Below, one piece after another: positions 60,380 to 64,000 of a DNA stretch of 64,000 nucleotides (positions are counted from its first letter, which is position 1; each line of letters starts with the position of its first letter). The stretch is from Hemiscyllium ocellatum (taxonomy: Eukaryota). The stretch spans positions 26,659,231 through 26,723,230 of the forward strand of contig NC_083435.1 of assembly GCF_020745735.1 (NCBI RefSeq). The letters are read 5' to 3'. A program made the position numbers and the translations under genes. The notes beneath the pieces were generated by a model. It worked only from the letters and a program-made list of their open reading frames with translations. It ran no database searches and was not told where the DNA came from.

Positions 60380-61260
60380 CTCCCTTTCCATTGCGCTTTG
60401 CAGACGTGCGGAGGTCCACCCTCCAGGAGCGGGCTGTCAGCAGATGCAGAGCAACACCGACCCGGAGCTGGTTACCCTCCCTCTCACACACACACACACA
60501 CCCACCATCCGGACTTGGAGCCCTCTCCCCACCCGCGTTCCTTCACTTGTGTCTGAGCCAAAAACAACTACAAAAAAGACTTCCGCCCCCCCCGATTCTA
60601 GGACAGCAGCAGGTCTAGGAGGTAGCTCACAGGCACCTTTCCTAAGAGCAGTCACGGATAGGAAGGAAGGGAGGGTGGGTGGTCATGAACCGGGTCGAGG
60701 CTGATCTTGAAGACACGAAAAAAAAGGAACATGAGGCCAATGCCGTAAGAAAATGAACGATGTCCAACACCGAAAGCTAGTGCTTCCAATTAACTCTGTT
60801 GAGTGATTTTTTTTTAAAAAAACGTTGTCCGCCCCAATCCGACACCGACATCTCCAAATAATGTAAACTTCAGCGCACACTGACCCGACACCTCATATTT
60901 CATGACCCTGGCTCTCTCTCTCTCTCGGCCGCCTGCAGCCCACAACGTTGAGGCGGCTGTCCCCGCCGGACCAGTCTCTCCGCAGTAACGGCCGCTCCAT
61001 CCGGGTCCTCCTGGGAACCGCCAACCGCCCCAAAGCGCTGGAACTTTCCAGAGAGAGCGCGCGCGGGCGCGAGGAGGTGAGCCCCCATTCCCCTCGAGCC
61101 GGCAGCGGGCGGGGAGAGAGGGAGGAGGAGGAGAGCTGGGTGGGCGGAGAGCAACCGGCGGCCTCAGCATCGAGCCAGCGGGGACGTGCAGGCCTTCAGG
61201 GAGAACACTGAGGCTGGGAGGGAGGTTCATGGAGAGAGTTTAAACCCCTTTCCCGTCAAA
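60380..61260. promoter_or_regulatory. CpG island, probable promoter/first exon of an unidentified gene
   Basis: Only CpG-dense region in the window (e.g. gagcgcgcgcgggcgcg); several CCGCCC/GGGCGG boxes; strong donor GAG|GTGAGC at 61076/61077. Confidence 0.6.
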
Positions 61261-61318
61261 TGGAGCCAGGAACATAAACCACAGAGACCGAGCCTCGACC
61301 GCAACTGTCACAATACAG

Positions 61319-62291
61319 AATATAAACCTCACAGACAGCTGTTACCCCAATAATACTGAGAATATAAACCCCACAGACAGCTGTTACCCCAATAATACTG
61401 AGAATATAAACCCCACAGACTGATCCTCACAGACAGCTGTTACCCCAATAATACTGAGAATATAAACCCCACAGACTGATCCTCACAGACAGATGTTACC
61501 CCAATAATACTGAGAATATAAACCCCACAGACTGATCCTCACAGACAGCTGTTACCCCAATAATACTGAGAATATCAACCCCACAGACTGATCCTCACAG
61601 ACAGATGTTACCCCAATAATACTGAGGATATAAACCCCACAGATTGATCCTCACAGACAGCTGTTACCCCAATAATACTGAGAATATCAACCCCACAGAT
61701 TGATCCTCACAGACAGCTGTTACCCCAATAATACTGAGGATATAAACCCCACAGATTGATCCTCACAGACAGCTGTTACCCCAATAATACTGAGAATGTA
61801 AACCCCACAGACTGATCCTCACAGACAGCTGTTACCCCAATAATACTGAGGATATAAACCCCACAGATTGATCCTCACAGACAGCTGTTACCCCAATAAT
61901 ACTGAGAATATCAACCCCACAGACTGATCCTCACAGACAGATGTTACCCCAGTAATACTGAGAATTAAACCCCACAGACTGATCCTCACAGACAGATGTT
62001 ACCCCAATAATACTGAGAATATAAACCCCACAAACTTATCCTCACAGACAGATGTTACCCCAATAATACTGAGAATATCAACCCCACAGACTGACCCTCA
62101 CAGACAGATGTTACCCCAATAATACTGAGAATATAAACCCCACAGACTGATCCTCACAGACAGATGTTACCCCAATAATATTGAAAATATGAATTCCAGC
62201 ATCTAATCCTTACAGACAGCTGTTACCCTAATAATGCTGAGGTTATAAATCCCCTAGACAGAGCCTCACTGACAGCTGTTACCCTAATAAC
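61319..62291. repeat. minisatellite: two 42-bp units, fourteen 56-bp units, two degenerate units
   Basis: Unit aatataaaccccacagactgatcctcacagacagctgttaccccaataatactgag; starts at 61319, 61361, 61403, 61459 ... 62130, 62186, ~62242. Confidence 0.97.
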
Positions 62292-62897
62292 ATTGTGTGG
62301 TCAAGAAGCTGTTCCAGTTAATTCAAATAAATAGCCAGTTTGTTACTCTTGGAGATTACATGTTTTAGCTTTAATTGTGATAGAAATAATATTTTAAGGA
62401 TATCCTTCAAATGTCAGTTATGTCACCTTAATGAGTGAGATTGACTCATACACATTTACAGCCATTTGGTCCAATTTGTCTGCACCAGTCAACAAAGAAT
62501 TGACTATATTGATTCCATTTTCTTGGATGCTACTGCAAGTGAAGATTTAAACACCGCTTCAATCTTTGCATTTTTAATGCACTGATCCTTTTAGGCAGAG
62601 TGTTTGAGGCTCCTTCTGCTCTTTGAGTAACTCTTTGCAACTCTCTTCCTAGTCTTCTCCCTCTTATTTTAAAACTCTACTCCCAGTTGACCCCTTTGCT
62701 GTTGAAAACTGTCCTTTCCAATCGACCCTTTCTATGCTTCTCATAATCTTATATCAGATCCCCTTTTAATCTTTGTTGCCCTTCAGTCGTTAAGTCCTGT
62801 CATTTGTTTTTGCTCAGCTCATTGAAATGATTCAATTTGTTGTTGGATACTTCAGTAAAAAAAAATTTTGTCACCAATTTCTCTTCCTAAATGTTCG

Positions 62898-63900
62898 GTG
62901 ATTGGACTGTTAGTGCTGTGGCTTCTGTTTGAGAGCTCTCTGTAGGTGAATAATGGGGTGTGGGGTTGCAGGGGAGAGTAAGGCAACACAAGATGGCATA
63001 CTGGGACATTAGTCCTCAGTCAGTAGGTAATGTGGTGAGAAGGGCCGTTGCCAGACTGAATACTGGGGCTTTAACCCTTTAACATGCTACTGTTAGAATG
63101 TCAAGAGGTACAAATTATCTGACTTGATATTTTAACTTTTAATGAATCCATGATTTTAAATTATTTAGATTCATACAAGAATTACCCATCAGGCAAGAGG
63201 CTAAACTGTAGTTGGTAAATTGAAAAGATTTATTGAACAATTAAAGGCAGAAGGAGTTAATATGATAGACACACTTCTAAGTTACAGAAAGAAAGGGAAG
63301 AAACTTGACAACTAAACAGACGTTGATGACTTTAGCTAAATAAGGCTGAAGTGAAGTATGAAATAAGTCAACAAAATGTCTTTTTGAAAACTTAATTATA
63401 TACCATTAACTCATTTTATCATCAGCCTAACTGTTGAATACTTATTGACTAACTTAACTGTTCATTTGACTAGTTTATGACATATAACAGTTTCCCATGT
63501 TTGTGAACACTTTCTAATTATACATCAGAACTTTTCCATATCTCACCATTGTAGATAATTTTAGTAAAGTTTTTTTTATCAGCTCAATTTAATGAGATTA
63601 AGGCCAGTTACAAAGGTTTTCACTCAGCATTACCTATTTCTTTTCTTGGGAATCACCATTTTTCAGAGTAAAAGCTCGCAACGTACATTTAAAATGTATT
63701 ATTACACACTACAGAGTGGTATAGGTTATATGTACAGTCTTTTATAATGCCTACTGATTAATTGATCATTCTTCAATTGTCTCACTGTCGAGGCTCACCA
63801 ATCAAATGGCTGGATTCAAACTTCTCAGCAGAACTGTTTATTTTGTTATTGTAGTCTAATGTTCTTGTCCACTAGGAGATGGACCAACTGGATTTGATAA
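62898..63900 (+). pseudogene. class I unit 5: decayed leader (62898-62945) and long-type intron 1; the rest may lie beyond the window
   Basis: GTG ATT GGA CTG TTA GTG CTG...gagagctctctgtag|GTGAAT: ATG changed to GTG and a 1-nt deletion giving TAG; downstream sequence matches 19640-20150 and 49990-50500. Confidence 0.75.
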
Positions 63901-64000
63901 TGACTACCAAAATTATAGGATGCCTGAAAAAAAAGCATTTTAGTCAACACTTCATTCCCAACATTGTGATGAGTAATTATGGTTCTTCAGTCATGAGTGA

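Noticed and set aside
60814-61230. 138-aa minus-strand ORF and overlapping ORFs in the CpG island
   Set aside because: Low-complexity GC-rich frames with no recognisable domain; long frames are expected at this GC content.
61319-62291. Regular repeat array as CRISPR
   Set aside because: Units are contiguous with no unique spacers, no cas genes, and the DNA is vertebrate.

Overview
Vertebrate genomic DNA, almost certainly a shark: it carries HE1/V-SINEs, shark-type CR1 LINEs and a shark-type MHC class I leader ([10 protein letters not shown]...). The window is part of a head-to-tail tandem array of MHC class I units, all on the + strand. One gene is intact (7 coding exons, 5774-12087, 342 aa) and looks non-classical because several peptide-anchoring residues are substituted. 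Four further promoter/leader modules (about 16.2, 19.6, 48.7 and 62.9 kb) and one orphan TM/cytoplasmic exon set (30.6-38.0 kb) are truncated or decayed. The rest is mostly nested transposable elements: CR1, L1-like, L2-like, Penelope-like elements with hammerhead-ribozyme motifs, a Gmr1-type LTR retrotransposon, a solo LTR, SINEs and MITEs. A CpG island with a strong splice donor and a 56-bp minisatellite lie near the right end. Best leads: a paralogous intronic palindrome kept perfect by four mirrored substitution pairs; hammerhead-bearing Penelope mini-insertions with target-site duplications; a class I promoter resembling the HLA class I promoter; a near-perfect 464-bp inverted duplication. 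Coordinates and alignments were done by eye; repeat boundaries are approximate and no database search was run.
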